DNA of 64,000 nucleotides. Source: Styela clava. Taxonomy: Eukaryota. This document shows, one piece after another, positions 62,809 through 64,000 of this stretch. Positions within the stretch are counted from its first letter, which is position 1, and each line of letters opens with the position of its first letter. The notes under the pieces are model-generated. The model was not told the DNA's origin. It saw only the letters and a list, made by a program, of their open reading frames with translations, and did not search any database. The position numbers and the translations under genes are program-made. The DNA is taken from assembly GCF_964204865.1 (NCBI RefSeq), contig NC_135254.1, forward strand, positions 1,488,001-1,552,000, given 5' to 3'.

Positions 62809-64000
62809 ATATGTGATTTGAGAAGTACGTGAAATAAAAATTGGAAAAAATATTTTTTTTTGTGATTCTTTTTGCGATTTCTGTGGGTGTTATCAGGATA
62901 ATAGGCTAATAGGCAGCGGTTCCGAACTTTTTTATCCTCGCCCTCTTTTTAGAATTTGTCAAGTCTCGCTCCCCACCTCAAAAATAACTAGCTAACAATA
63001 AGCTACAAATAACAGAAATTAAGGCGGAGAAACACATTGAAAATACGTGGATAGAATCGCAATCTGTGAACAATAAAGAAATTTTTCCAAATATAAAATA
63101 ATAAAGAAATGTATTATTATTTAATGTATTTCTTTAATTTATTTTGGATATTTTTACTTTCCCAAAATAAGTGGGGATCAGATTCAACAAATATTTTTAA
63201 TTAGCTTTGAGTCCCCTCAAAAAATTGTTTCTGCCCCACCGTTTGAAAACCACTGTTAACAGATTAAAGACTTGAAATGCAAGAGCTAAGAATATCTCGT
63301 CTCAGGATATCAGAAAATTTTTGGTAACTATTCAGTCGATTGGTAATTGAATTTTTGATATCAGGATCTTTGGTTCGCATTCGATAGGCTGTTGGGAACG
63401 TTGAGTTAACGTAAGTTTCCTGATTTTCTGTGAAAAGTTATTCGAAGTTATCAAATTCAATGTCCTATAATTTTTACTCATTCTCAAGGAAATCAAATTT
63501 CATTAGCAAAAACTTGGCCTTGTTTAGCAGATTTGCACAATTTGTCATCTGTATTACCTCTTGCTTCTAAGTGAATCAACTTCTATAAATAAGGACATTG
63601 ATGTATTTGAACAGTTAGGAATGCTCTGCCAATTATTTTTTCATTGAGTTCTTGCAGAATATTGTTTTGATTATCACGATTGAAAGTCAGAAATTTGGAT
63701 TCCTGCTATGAACTCGAATTCTAATAAAAAGATTGATGCGAGCTTCAGCAGATTTGGAAACACTTTGCCAACCTTGTTTTTTGGGCTTTGGTTGAAAATT
63801 GTGACTTCGATTATCACCTTGAAAGTCTGAAATCATGATACCTGAAGATATTTCCTCCAAAGATCAAATTTGAAAAAAACTAGGGTCTGTGCTTCCGAAG
63901 TATGCGAACCAAGATGGCGGACATCGGAACGTAACAGGTTAGGGTTAGGCGATAATTTTTTTCCAATTTTCCTTATTTTAGTCCTATTGTCAGTTTGAAG

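Noticed and set aside
63680-63845. Possible terminal exon of a convergent minus-strand gene, or a hAT-dimerisation-like remnant (FPNLLKLASIFL)
   Set aside because: Short, weak acceptor, no supporting context within the window.

Overview
AT-rich, intron-containing, transposon-dense animal genomic DNA. It is most likely an invertebrate chordate such as an ascidian, but this is an inference from protein similarity, AT content and gene architecture and cannot be proven here. Nine conserved housekeeping genes could be assembled by hand with GT-AG introns and intact frames: PPP1R11/inhibitor-3 (-), then five co-oriented + strand genes POLE, UBE2F, DEK, SLBP and MVB12, then SNRPF/SmF (-), SCO1 (+) and RPS23 (+). 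Most of the short ORFs in the supplied track fall in repeats or antisense to real genes. Introns and intergenic DNA are packed with non-autonomous elements, classified by their termini and target-site duplications (TSD): hAT (8 bp), Merlin-like MITEs carrying TTAGGG-like motifs (8 bp), Mutator-like (9 bp), piggyBac-like (TTAA), Tc1/mariner-like (TA), Helentron-type HINEs, a tRNA-derived SINE, LINE 3' ends, a decayed P-element/THAP9-like transposase and minisatellites. The most notable signals are: (i) a 6.6-kb single POLE exon followed directly by intronless UBE2F and DEK coding regions; (ii) a candidate trans-spliced, S-phase-themed operon POLE-UBE2F-DEK-SLBP-MVB12; (iii) a tandem repeat straddling an SLBP intron/exon boundary; (iv) an inverted pair of Mutator-like elements enclosing PPP1R11 exon 1. 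No prokaryotic-type system (CRISPR etc.) is present.
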